Source of the DNA: Saccostrea echinata
Lineage: Eukaryota
Direction of reading: 5' to 3'
DNA: 64,000 nt
NCBI RefSeq assembly: GCF_033153115.1
Contig: NW_026889772.1
Coordinates: 930,001-994,000, forward strand
Shown: in pieces, positions 1 through 12,084 of the stretch
Numbering within the stretch: the stretch's first letter is position 1
Layout: each line of letters opens with the position of its first letter
Made by a program: the position numbers and the translations under genes
Notes under the pieces: generated by a model
Database searches by the model: none
Told to the model about the DNA's origin: nothing
The model's input: only the letters and a program-made list of their open reading frames with translations

Positions 1-344
1 ATCTAGAGATAGATAAATAAGGATGATAGAAAAATCCAGATTTCTCAGATTTATATCTAACCTGATGTAAACGGTAAGCAGTTCAAAACGAGAATCCAAT
101 AGTTTTTTTTTCTTTTCTAAACATGTACAAGAATTCCTTTCATTTCTCTTTGATCCTTGAGGTTTCCAGTACAGGTATGATTTTAGCCGATAAAATGAAT
201 TTACTCATTTGAATGAAATTTGCAGTTTATCTGCAAAAGTGCATTTTCAGTATGTTCATACATACCCCCCCCCCTCCCCTTCATACAGTGATGACTTAGA
301 ATTCAAATATTCTACCTCTCTGTTCTTGTTTACGTTTAATTAAG

Positions 345-445
345 GAATAAATATAGGATCTCCCATGATTTGTAGTTGGATATGATTTTTATCCAACGAG
401 TTGTGTGTTTTTTTTATCCCCGAGCCTTGGCGAGGGGATAAAAAC
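345..445 (+). mobile_element. Left half of a palindromic interspersed repeat split by the 8.8-kb element (right half about 9254-9503)
   Basis: 357-420 is the reverse complement of 9254-9312; a related uninterrupted copy lies at about 61992-62230. Confidence 0.7.
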
Positions 446-1799
446 GGTTGAGGCTATCTGGTACCGCTTGCAGGGTGGCTGGCAGGAGTTATCTCTCCGT
501 AAGTGCGTACGAGTTATCTCGCCTTACAACGGTGATAACCATGGATTTGTACCCTTATCAAAAAGTTCCACATCAATCGTTTTCTAGAAAGATTAATGTT
601 TATTTATATGTAAAAAGTAATAATTAAGAGAGAGAAAGGGAAAGAGAAATTTATGTTTTCAAATTGTTGATCTTAAGATCTTATGAACTGGGGGTGGCAA
701 GGGGGAAGGGATGGGTCGTCACAATAATTTTAACATTTATGATTATAAAATGAAAACAAAGGTGTTTAACAGAGCTGTGCCCCCCCCCCCCCCCCAAACA
801 TATATACACGACGAAGTTTATTTACTTAAATATTTAATTATTTAATTTATTTATTTATTTACAATGTATTTAATTCATATATTTTGGCTTCTAACAGGAA
901 TTTCTCTTTGGTTGTGTCCACAAACTTTTTAATTAATATTGCCTAGAGAGCACAGTCCTGGATCAATGGAGAGCCGCGATTCCCAGACCAATAAATATCT
1001 AACCTCCCTCCCCTCCCCCCCCCCCCCCACACACACAGAAACACCCGCCTGATGCATGATGTGAAATTTTATGAACAGGATGCGTCTTGATATAAAATAA
1101 AGCATTACCAAAAAAATGTACATAGTTTAACGGGATAATTCTATGTATGATATTCCTATTTTAGAATTTATATATTTTTGCTGATACAAACAAAAACTTT
1201 TCATTCTAACTGATCGATATTTTTCAGTGAATAATTCTTCATTTCTTTTTTTATGCTTTGGCACCATTAGTCATTATCAAATGCATATAAAAAAAACCTA
1301 AGAGACATATAGACAAAAACATCGATTTATTTCATATCATTCGATATATTGGTGGTAAAGAGTGCTTGTGAAAGCAGAGAATGATTTAATGGTCAGAGAG
1401 CGACAACTATCGATTACATTCCCGCATCAATATATTCAAACTTTTGCACGCAGTAACTGGGTTAATGATATACTATATCCAAATAATTTAAATGCTTCAA
1501 CTATTTATATTAAAGTTTATATGAATTTGGCACTCTGAGAAATGTGGCCAAACATGAGATGATTGTTTTGAAAAATTCAGACATAACTGAGCAATCAACC
1601 CCTCATGCATTCTACTGAAATTAAAACAAAACATTAAGTAGGAAAAAAGTATCGAGAACTGAATAATTTTGAGGGTAATTTGGAAACAAATATTCGAACG
1701 GTATAATAAATATGCAAAAAACAAAAATAGGATAAGACATTTACGCAATATGATACAAAGATAAAAGACTCTACCACTAAGTGATAGCAGAATATGATG

Positions 1800-2495
1800 C
1801 TACCTATCTCTAACAGGTACCAGTTTTTAAAGCTACCTTCCTCTAACCGGTACCAGATTTCAAAGCTACCTACCTCTAACAGGTACCAGATTTTAAAGCT
1901 ACCTACCTCTAACAGGTACCAGATTTCAAAGCTACCTACCTCTAACAGGTACCAGATTTCAAAGCTACCTACCTCTAACAGGTACCAGATTTCAAAGCTA
2001 CCTACCGCTTACAGGTACCAGATTTTAAAGCTACCTACCCCTAACAGGTACCAGATTTCAAACCTACCTACCTCTAACAGGTACCATATTTCAAAGCTAC
2101 CTACCTCTAACAGGTACCAGATTTTCAATCTACCTATCTCTTACCGGAACCAGATTTCAAAGATACCTACCTCTAACAGGTACCAGATTTTAAAGTTACC
2201 TACCGCTAACCGGTACCAGATTTCAAAGCTACCTACCGCTAACAGGTACCAGATTTTAAAGTTACCTACCTCTAATAGGTACCAGATTTCAAAGCTACCA
2301 ACCTCTAACAGGTACCCGATTTTAAAGTTACCTACCTCTAACAGGTACCAGATTTCAAAGCTACCTACCTCTAACAGGTACCAGATATTAAAGCTACCTA
2401 CCGCTAACAGGTACCAGTTTTCAAAGCTACCTACCTCTAACAGGTACCAGATTTCAAAGCTACCTATCTCTAACAGGTACCAGATTTCAAAGCTA
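1800..2495 (+). repeat. 33-bp tandem array (CTACCTACCTCTAACAGGTACCAGATTTCAAAG) x about 21
   Basis: Read directly; explains ORFs 1794-2507 and 2141-2503. Confidence 0.95.
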
Positions 2496-3389
2496 GTCAA
2501 CAAATAGACTTGTAATAAACCAATCTCTGATGATTAGAAGTATTATTTTTTGCTCAAATGAAAGGCTACGCTATCTTTCAAGGGGAAATAATTCAGAAAT
2601 AGTGGAAACATGGTTGGATTTCTCAAAAGTTATTGTGCCAAAAAAGTTAAAACTTATATGTAAGGTTAGACAGTGTTGATTCAAGGTTATTTAAAGTTTG
2701 ATAATTAGGGATAGGTTTGAAAACCAATACAGAATCAAATTTATACTACGAATTTGTACTTTTTTTTCTTTTTTTTTTTTTGTGTGCAAAATCTTGCTTA
2801 AAAGACCAGCAGAACTATGAATAGACATATAATATGCAAACATCTTCAAGTAGTGCATATTCCACTTGTTCATAGCATGGCACTCAGGAGTAGGTATGGG
2901 GCTGCAATAAGATCCAAAAGAAAAGGTTTCAATAAAGCTGTATTTTGGCCCATGGTTTTTTGCCAAAAATGAAATTGGATTATCCACAAGTTTACATATT
3001 TTCATTATTTTCAACATGTCTAATTTTGTGCTGTATATTTTTTGCGAGAAAAAGTTAGGATAATATTGGAATAACCGATGGAAGCATGGTACCCTCAACC
3101 ACTTTAACATTGAGTATAAGGGAAAATGTTGGGGGGTTATGTTGTTTAACATTCTAGTACACCACGTGTTGCATTGAGAAACAAAACCATATTTTGATAA
3201 TTGATTACTTATATGTACAGGAATATTATACAGGAATATGGTTGTGGTTTGCAATGCAACACACACTAAGATACATGTACTAATGACTTTGCTAATTTTG
3301 CAATTTGTTGAGTTGTGGTTAAATCATTTAAATATTTAAAGTGATTGGTACATATCCATAACATGGTCCAATTAATCAAACAGATTAAT

Positions 3390-3782
3390 TGTACCCCCGC
3401 TACGAATGCGAGGGGGGGGGGGGGTAAACTGTTTCACCCTTATGTATCTGTCTGTTTGTCAGTCTACATAGCTGTGTGTCTGTCCGTAACAAATTTTCGT
3501 CGCAGTTTTCTCGGCAACTACTCATAATAGATGTTTGATACTTTTAGCACACTCTTCGTTTAGGCATGTCATACGGTGGGATTCATTTTTATATGAATCC
3601 AATGTCAACTTCCTGTGCGTCTGTCTGTACCAAATTTCCGTTGCAGTTTTCTCAGCAAATAGTCATTGCAGATGCTTGAAATTTAAGCACAATCTTTGTT
3701 TAGGCATGTCATGTAGTGGGATTCATGAAAGCCCGTCAGAGCGGGGTATTACTAGTAAGCATTGGCTTACAGACGTCTTGTT
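3390..3782 (+). mobile_element. Helentron/HINE-like non-autonomous element nested in the large transposon
   Basis: TACCCCCGC near the 5' end versus GCGGGGTA near the 3' end, a (GTCT)n-like microsatellite, a duplicated internal block and a 3' stem-loop. Confidence 0.55.
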
Positions 3783-5041
3783 ATGCGTTATGATGTCAAA
3801 CGTGGAAGAGAAATTTATCCTATTTATCATAACATGCCTGTGTCTGTCTGTGAGAAAAACCACAACTTTGACATTAGAGACGGTAGGTGCCATATGTAAA
3901 GATGAAGCTCAGACTTATAGTTTCACAGTAAACAAAATAATTGTTTAATGAAAATCCAGCTCAGTTTCATGATTTGGGTACGTTCATCACAGATTTAACG
4001 TACGTCTTTTTTCTGTAACGAAAACCAAATGCAATCAGTAGCCGGCTCTTTTCAACTTAATGTGAATTTGAATTTTGTAAACAAGATGTTGTTTATGATG
4101 TAGTTTTTACCTCGATCAGTCTAAAAGCTATTGCTCATATGACCAGTGGTCTTATCTATGCTTGAGTCAGTTGTATTTTTGAAAAAAGAATTGCTGAAAG
4201 CCCCTACTATAAGCTGTTTGTCTCTCCCTGGTGGTGAATTCGCAAGAAAGAAATATTTTCTGTACATTTTACACCTGGTGTGCAATCCAACGCGTATCTT
4301 GAGTGTTGCAAAGAGTTTTGTGATCTGCGACTGGAGGAGCACCTCAGATGTCAGGGGAGATTTTCTGAATGGTCATCCCTGGGACGTTGGTTTTGCAAAT
4401 AAATTATGAAATATAACAGAGGAAACATTACTAGACATTACTAATCAAATTAATTTAGAATTCATTATAGGCCAAAAAATAGCCTTATGGAAACCTGTCC
4501 TTTTACACGAGAATAAAACTGAAAAATCTTCAATATTCTCAGAATCAACAGGAGTAACATAATCGGCATTATTGCGCATTTATCATCACCCCTTTGTGTA
4601 GGATGGGGGGAAGAGAGGGGAATAACATTTTCATGGGAATATACAGAAAATTTGTACAAAAAAGTGTAATTGGAAGAATAGCAAGAAGGATTTATATCTT
4701 ATTTATATGCCAACAATCCATTACTTTGTAAATTAAAGATTTTATTAGATCATTGGGTCCCCTGAGTCATCATTTGTTTTATGTCCGTTACCTTCTGTCT
4801 TGCATCGGTCAAAAATTTAAACATTCTCATGCTGCTTCTTCTCATGAATGGCTGAATGAATTGCAATTTCAGTATAGAACATCTAGGGCAAAGAAAAACA
4901 AAACTTTAATAATTCATGGTTTGTTCTCCCTGGGGCCTAAGAGGTGGGGTCAAAAGAATAAAAAGGAATACAATCTTTAAAATCTTACTCTTGAACATCA
5001 AACAGTCAAACTGTTGGTATGATTATATCAAGCAATAAGAT

Positions 5042-5406
5042 CAAGGCCGTAACTAGGCTCAAATTTTAGTGAGGTAATGGTTCGGGTAGGGGGGACACCC
5101 TATTCCTAAGCGGGTCCAGGGTAGTGTCCTGACCGGGAGGGGGGTCCAAACCAGGATTTTAGCAAATTAAAGACTTTAATCTTCGAAAGTTTTCAGATGC
5201 ATTGAATTCTTTTTGTTACATTCCTCTTAAACTATAATGAAGCACCTGATGTACAGGAATTGAAACAAAAATTGAAAGTATTAATTTAGTACAAAGACAA
5301 ACATTATTACAGTTCAAAGTAAGCTTATTCACTTCTCAGAAAACTCTAAAGTCTTAGTGAGGCATTTGGCTCACTGGCCTAAATGGTACATGTAGTTACG
5401 GCCTTG
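5042..5406. mobile_element. MITE with 14-bp TIRs and 4-bp TSD AGAT
   Basis: AGAT|CAAGGCCGTAACTA ... TAGTTACGGCCTTG|AGAT. Confidence 0.7.
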
Positions 5407-5788
5407 AGATCTCAAGTAAAACTGTGGAAATCACGTCCCTAGGATCAGGGGTTCTGTCTACTCTTGGGTCTATATAATACATACTAAGTGCTTAGTTATG
5501 ATAAGCAAGGGTACCTCTTCCTAAATTGTGAAATATATGGCCTCTGGATCAGGGTTTCCGGTATTAGGGTTAGGCTCTATTGACTATTTGCTGGTTCAGT
5601 TGATTATTTAAAGTGACTCTATTGATTATACATGTATAGTGAACCTATAGTAAATCTCCTTCTCTACTCCTGTGCATCTAGGGTCAAACAAAGTACAAAG
5701 TTGTGATGAGTAACGGTGTTTTGTGAAGATTTGTGAAATTCTTGGCCACTGGGTCAAGCTTTATATTGCTAGACAGGACTGTGATGGT

Positions 5789-6089
5789 CAGGGACGTAGC
5801 ATCGTTTTTAAAAGGGGGGGGGGCAGCCAAAGAAAAAAAACTTATCTGAAAAAGCTTGACAAGCAAAAAAAAGGAATTTAAATTGACAAAACTCGAAAAT
5901 CCTAGGGGGGAGGTAAGGTTCTTTCAGTACCAATTTTTATTCATACCAATACTACATTACCCTTAACTGACTTAACTACAACAAAAAGGGCGGGGGGCAA
6001 CCAGCCTTTTCATAAAAATTTCAATAGTTATGCTGGGAAAAAAGTGGGGGACTAGGCCCCCTCTGTCCCTTCCTGTTGCTACGTGCCTG
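5789..6089. mobile_element. MITE (CAGGGACGTAGCA ... TGCTACGTGCCTG)
   Basis: Imperfect 13-bp TIRs, same style as 11685-11904. Confidence 0.6.
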
Positions 6090-6978
6090 GTGACGGCACA
6101 TATTGTCATTCTGTACATATTGTCGTCAGCGACAATATGTACCTACCCTCACTTGACGTATTATCGACTATCGGTACATATTGATGCGACAATATTTACC
6201 GAGCCTTTTTCCATCCTGCATAATAGACGACAAAATGTACAGTCGAGCATCGGCACATTTTGTCGTCGGCGACAATATGTACTAGTTGTGAACATTTGCA
6301 CATTTTGTGGCCGATATATTGTGTTGAGGAATATTTACTTAGGTTTTAGAGAGAGAGAGATTAACAAACACACACAGACAGAAGGATAGACTAAATGTAC
6401 GCAAGTTAAAAAAGTTAACAATTTTCATAACTCGCAATACAGTTAAGGGAGAAAATGTTTTGTTCAGAAAAATTGTGTCCAGGATTGATGTACATTATGT
6501 ACATCACTATATGTCAAGATACCGTAATTCTTGAGATATTTGATATCTGATAAACAGCCTATTCTTTTTTCCTTGCTATATATACTTGGAAATTGAAAAA
6601 AAGTTTAAGTTCATTAGTAATGTTTATCCGGAAATTATTTTTTGCGTTATTCTTATACAGATGTTCTGAAGTTATTGGTGTTTGGAGTCGACACTTTTTA
6701 TACATCAGTGAGGCAAAAGTGATGTAAATTCTTTTTTGACAGAAAGCGTTATTTGATTGAAGTTTCGGAGAGAGAGAGATTCCTGGTCTTTTTTGATGAA
6801 TTTATATAATATCATGTTATTTGCACTCGTCACAATAATACAAGTAGTTTGTGTCGCCGGCGACAATATGAACTGGACGACAATATGTACCTTGACAATC
6901 GCACTGCATAAAATAGGCTTTGACAGATATTCTTGTGTGATTTACACAACAATTACATTAAAAAAAAACTACAAAACA

Positions 6979-8097
6979 CTCTTACAGGTAGGTAGCTTCA
7001 TAATCTGCTACCTGTTAAAGGTAATGAGCTTCATAATATGGTACCTCTTACAGGTAGGTAGCTTCATAATCTGCTACCTGTTAAAGGTAATGAGCTTCAT
7101 AATATGGTACCTCTTACAGGTAGGTAGCTTCATAATCTGCTACCTGTTAAAAGTAATGAGCTTCATAATATGGTACCTTTTATAGGTAGGTAGCTTCATA
7201 ATCTGCTACCTGTTAAAGAGCTTCATTATATGATACCTCTTACAAGTAGGTAGCTTCATAATCTAATATTAGAGGTAGATTCATTATCTGGTACATAATA
7301 GAGATTAGTGGCAGTAGTAATAAAAGATAGTTTTGCAATCTGGTACTTGTAAGAGATAGGTTGTCCTGTAATCTAGTACCTGTAAGAGGTAGGTTGTCCT
7401 GTAATCTGGTACCTGTTAGAGATAGGTTGTCCTGTAATCTGGTACCTGTTAGAGATAGGTTGTCCTGTAATCTGGTACCTGTTAGAGATAGGTTGTCCTG
7501 TAATCTGGTACCTGTTAGAGGTAGGTTGTCCTGTAATCTGGTACCTGTTAGAGATAGATTGTCCTGTAATCTGGTACCTGTTAGAGATAGGTTGTCCTGT
7601 AATCTGGTACCTGTTAGAGGTAGGTAGCTTTGTAATCTGGTACCTGTTACAGGGAGGTAGCTTTAAAATCTGGTACCTGTTAGAGGTAGGTATCTTTGAA
7701 ATCTGGTTCCGGTTAGAGGTAGGTAGCTTGAAAATCTGGTACCTGTTAGAGGTAGGTAGCTTTGAAATCTGGTACCTGTTAGAGGTAGGTAGCTTTGAAA
7801 TCTGGTACCTGTTAGAGGTAGGTAGCTTTTAAATCTGGTACCTGTTAGAGGTAGGTAGCTTTTAAATCTGGTACCTGTTAGAGGTCGGTAGCTTTGAAAT
7901 CTGGTACATGTAAGGGGTAGGTAGCTTTAAAATCTTTGAAATCTGGTACCTGTTAGAGGTAGGTAGCTTTGAAATCTGGTACTTGTTCGAGGTAGGTAAC
8001 TTTGAACACTGATACTGTTAGAGGTAGGAAGTATCATCACTTGATATCTGTACATGCTACAGGTACAAGCTACGTTATGTAGTACCTGTTAGAGGTG
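6979..8097 (-). repeat. Reverse-complement copy of the 33-bp array, about 32 units in three variant blocks
   Basis: CTTTGAAATCTGGTACCTGTTAGAGGTAGGTAG units; variant blocks at 6979-7262 (66-bp dimer), 7340-7625 and 7626-8030. Confidence 0.95.
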
Positions 8098-8312
8098 GCC
8101 AGTTTCATTTTCTGGGGGTCGTAACATAAAGGGTACTTAAGTCTAACACCATGCTTAATGTACAGTGTTTAACTTAATACCGTAATTAAAAGCGTGCTAA
8201 GACTTGACAATCTTAACAAAACTTAGGCGATTAGAATATGATGACTAGAAAGCTAACAAAGAGTGTCTGAAAATTAGATTAAATGTAGAACACAGCAAGC
8301 ACAGATTGAGGC

Positions 8313-8463
8313 NNNNNNNNNNNNNNNNNNNNNNNNNNNNNNNNNNNNNNNNNNNNNNNNNNNNNNNNNNNNNNNNNNNNNNNNNNNNNNNNNNNNNNNN
8401 NNNNNNNNNNNNNNNNNNNNNNNNNNNNNNNNNNNNNNNNNNNNNNNNNNNNNNNNNNNNNNN
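8313..8463. other. Assembly gap (151 N)
   Basis: Run of N. Confidence 1.
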
Positions 8464-10467
8464 GACATTCAAAAACAAAAACACTTCCTTTCGACCCTTG
8501 ATTAAATTGTAAATAAGTATATAATAAAAGGTCTATGTAGAGTCTTTGCATACCGGAATTTGCTGATACATGGAGGGGGATTCAAAATTCTCTAATTTTT
8601 TGTTCTTTAATTTATGAGTTTCAATTTCAAGAAGAAAGACGTTCAGTTATCGTGCGATGTCTGCGAAAATGAAAAAGTGAGTGAACATTTGTCAAAAGAA
8701 AAGAATAATAACAAAAGGTAACTGAAAACATCGCAGTCTCGAGTGATAAACAAAAGGTGTGTATTTACAAAAATAAATAAATAAATAAAAATAAATATGT
8801 ACATAAAATAATATAAATATATATAAATAATTAAATAATTTAAAAAATAAACATAATCATACATTGGGGGAGGGGGGGGGAGAGAGAGCTCCGTAAGACA
8901 TCTTTCTTTTCAAGTGAATATGATATAATATTTGATAGAATGTTGTTGCCAATGTTTATAAAACTGTGACGATACCCCCCCCCCCCCCGCCCTCCACCCC
9001 CAAGTTCGAATGCACTATATGCTCCCAAATCAACAATTAGAGGACTTTAATTGTCTATCTCCCTTTCTTTTTCTTAATTATCAAGTTTTACATATTATAA
9101 ACATTAACTTTCTAGAGAACGATTGATGTGGAACTTTTTAATAAGGGTATAAATTCATGGTTATCACCGTTGTAATGCGAGATAACTCGTACGCACTTAT
9201 GGAGAGATAACTCCTGCTAGCCACCCTGCAAGCGGTACCAGATAGCCACGACCGATAAAAACACACAACGAGTTGGATAAAAGTCATATCCAACTACAAA
9301 TCATGGGAGATTCTTTTTATCCCTTGTTTAATACTTCACAACCAATGTTTTACACTGTTTTATATAGGACTCCACTTTATTTTACTTCATCACGCTAACG
9401 CAAAAACCATTGTGACGTCACAACTGCACTTAACTGTGGATTATGAAAAATTTATCCAATGAGTCATATCCACGGGATAAAGGGGTAAACATGGGATAAA
9501 ATAAGGTTCGGTACACCGAACCTTTATCACTTTCAATACATCAATACATTTCAGTATCGGAGAAAATAATTACAATCTTAATTCAAAAATAATAAGCGCT
9601 AATATCAATTAAGCAGTTTCTATTTATATTAGAAATTAGATGGAGAATATACCTCTGTCAACGTTAAATCCTATTATTGACTGGGTCTTTATTGTAGAAA
9701 CACGAGTCTTATTTCGCAATTCTTTAGTTATTGCTTCATTTTAGGTCTGAGTGAAGCATAAATGGACAATTCTTAAAGTGACCTAACAATATATATATTA
9801 ATTATAGTACATTGTTCCTAATTTTCACCAAAGAACAGTAAAAAACGGGAGAACCCCCGGAAAAGTTTCTTGTGTTTCTTACTTCAGTCAATTTTTAGGA
9901 GATATGTCTTCACTTTTATCAATAAAATCCACTTAATTTTTTTTAATAAAACAAATTCTAATCGCACATCAACTAATGATTTAATACAACATAATAATGC
10001 CTGCAAGTTCGAGCAGATTCGTGAGAAAACTTGAAAGTGATGAAGTAAAAATTGATAAATTGTCTGATTTAAATAAATAGTACACAGAATCCACGGCCAT
10101 TCTCGTATACGCTTATTGAGCGTATAAGCGTATCCGAGATTGGCCGTGGGTTTTCGACGATGACTTCACAGACGTTTTTTTTAATAAATTAAACCTTCAA
10201 ACATTTGCTTTAGTTAAACCTCATAAAAACCTGAACTCGCCCAAAAAGGGATAAAATTCGTCGTTTTTTTTTTGTTTTGTTTTATTATGTTTGCCTTTTT
10301 TTTTTTAATTTATTTATTAAAAAAAATGAAAAGCACCTTATTACCAAGAATTTGTACTTATAATTTATATTACCTATCAAAAATATCAAAAAGTCTTTGA
10401 TTTGGTTGTGTACACAGTTTTTTTTCCTTACTTATTTCATTCTTCTTTTGTCTGATTTTAGAATTAA

Positions 10468-11638
10468 GGTAGTACACAATGGATAGGCCAAATTTTCCTA
10501 CAAATTCAATTTTTTTGAAACTTTGCAATTTTGATCTAGGATACAAAATCCCTTTTTATATGTATATGAAGGAAATTTAATCACTTATTTTTTGCCCACA
10601 TATTTTGAAATATGGCCTATCGGACCCCTGTAAGAAAAATCTGAAATCAGACATTTCACTTGAGTTTGTGCTATATTCAAAAATTACCAATCTGTCTATT
10701 GCGAATTTGTGTGATGCTGTTTTTAAATACAACCTTTTCTGTTACTAAATTTCAGTAAATTATATTGATACCGGTATATTTGAGTAAAATATGATGAAAA
10801 ATAAAATATATACATAGCCCAGGAATTGGAAATTAAAACTCAGATGAAAATGTGTCAAAACGAGGAAAATTGAATCGACAGTTTTAGATATTTTGGCGAT
10901 TAAAAAAATATTCAATGCAAAAAAATTAAAAGAATCACTAGATGATGTCACAATATTTGACCTTTGACCTTTTAATATGACATCGACCTTTACTATTTAT
11001 AAAAGATGGAGACTCCTTATGAATATTTCCAAATATGAGGTCTCTACTGTATATGGATCAAAAGTTACTTTGCATTCAATAACAGTCGCCCGCTGGCGCA
11101 GTGGTTAGAGCGTCTGCTGTAGATCGAGTCGCGGAGTAAGGAGTTGATCAATACGTCGCGTGTTCGAGTTCCACTGCGGGACGTTGAGAGTTGTCCTTCG
11201 GATGAGACCGTAAAAAGCGAGGTCCCGTGTCGCAGTAGGTGCTGGCACAAAAAAGATCCCTCGCTGCGCAATGGCCCTCAGAGCCGAGTATAGGTCAAAA
11301 TTTGTAGCCCTCCACCGGCAAATGGTGGCGTCTCCATATGAGTGAAAATTCTCGAGAGGGACGTTAAACAACAAACAAACAAACAAAAAAAAAAGCATTC
11401 GATAACAGACTGTCATATCTCATGTAGATGGCATAAACACTTCTAAAATGTAGGCTCCCGAATGACCAATATATAAAATATCTCTAATTTTTACAAAATA
11501 TGGCAAAAACATATCACAGCTTTTTATTTTTCTAACAAAGATCATTGATTATTGACATTATAGTGATATTATTCTTTTTTCCTGGTGTACTTAATAAGAA
11601 ATGAGTTAAAACAGATTTTATGGGTGTTTTGTACTACC
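10468..11638. mobile_element. TTAA-flanked non-autonomous DNA transposon (Kolobok-type, GG termini) with a nested SINE
   Basis: TTAA|GGTAGTACA ... TGTACTACC|TTAA. Confidence 0.7.
11086..11394 (+). mobile_element. tRNA-derived SINE with V-domain-like core
   Basis: A box TGGCGCAGTGG, B box GTTCGAGTTCC, core CCTTCGGATGAGACCGTAAA..CGAGGTCCCGTG, (CAAA)n tail, TSD GCATTC[A/G]ATAACAG (11072-85 and 11395-408). Confidence 0.88.
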
Positions 11639-11684
11639 TTAAATGCTTACTTTTCCTAATAAACTACAAAAGGGTCAAAATGTA

Positions 11685-11904
11685 CAGGCCCGTAGAACGC
11701 GGGGGGAGGGCGCACATTTTTCTGAGTACTGTATTCTGCTATAGTAAATGTTCATTTAGATGATGGTTGTGCCTCCCCCCCTCCCCCCACTTTTGTAACT
11801 GTAAGGTCGAGCACTGTCAAAATTCAGGATTTGGACAGTTAAGGAGGGTTTTTTTTTATTGTGTCAGATTTCCCTCCACTTTTGAAACTGTTGCTACGGG
11901 CCTG
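11685..11904. mobile_element. MITE (CAGGCCCGTAG ... CTACGGGCCTG)
   Basis: Perfect 11-bp TIR. Confidence 0.65.
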
Positions 11905-12038
11905 ATGTCATTGAACATATTATTAAAAATTGTCAAAATGTAATACATTATCATGAAGGATTGTTTATGCTGTGTATCATGATCTTCTAAATGATTTTTT
12001 TTTTTAAATTTCCTAATTAATTATATTTTCTTGTAGAG

Positions 12039-12084
12039 ATGGGTCCTCTGTTTGTTCTGATATTCCTCAAATTCGCCCTGTTCG
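12039..12084 (+). CDS. Gene 1 first coding exon, signal peptide (MGPLFVLIFLKFALF)
   Basis: Acceptor ttgtAG just before the ATG at 12039, hydrophobic peptide, phase-1 donor GTGAGT at 12085 that joins in frame to 13557. Confidence 0.8.

Larger units (their letters stand above)
446..9253. mobile_element. 8.8-kb non-autonomous Mutator/Foldback-like DNA transposon
   Basis: Perfect 9-bp TSD GATAAAAAC (437-445 and 9254-9262). TIRs start GGTTGAGGCTATCTGGTACC / GGTCGTGGCTATCTGGTACC, match closely for about 160 bp and loosely to about 870/8760. Inverted internal 33-bp arrays; no transposase ORF seen. Confidence 0.85.

Noticed and set aside
1794-2507. 237-aa ORF of SKLPTSNRYQI repeats, superficially like an adhesive protein
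   Set aside because: It is the 33-bp transposon array read in a stop-free frame; there is no signal peptide or splice context, and the same array occurs inverted at 6979-8097.
4121-4409. Possible captured gene fragment or transposase remnant inside the large element
   Set aside because: Slightly GC-richer with short ORFs on both strands, but no DDE, zinc-finger or other recognisable motif.
6757-7627. ORFs 6757-7185 and 7361-7627
   Set aside because: Translations of the inverted 33-bp array.
8245-8551. ORFs spanning N runs (also 37489-37880)
   Set aside because: Artefacts of assembly gaps.
11086-11180. tRNA gene
   Set aside because: The A/B boxes belong to SINE heads followed by a shared core, simple-repeat tail and TSDs; the same holds at 25818, 26781 and 59760-59851.
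11196-11232. Hammerhead ribozyme in the SINE core (CGGATGAG...)
   Set aside because: The core is CGGATGA rather than CTGATGA, and no GAAA follows stem II; it fits the V-SINE domain.
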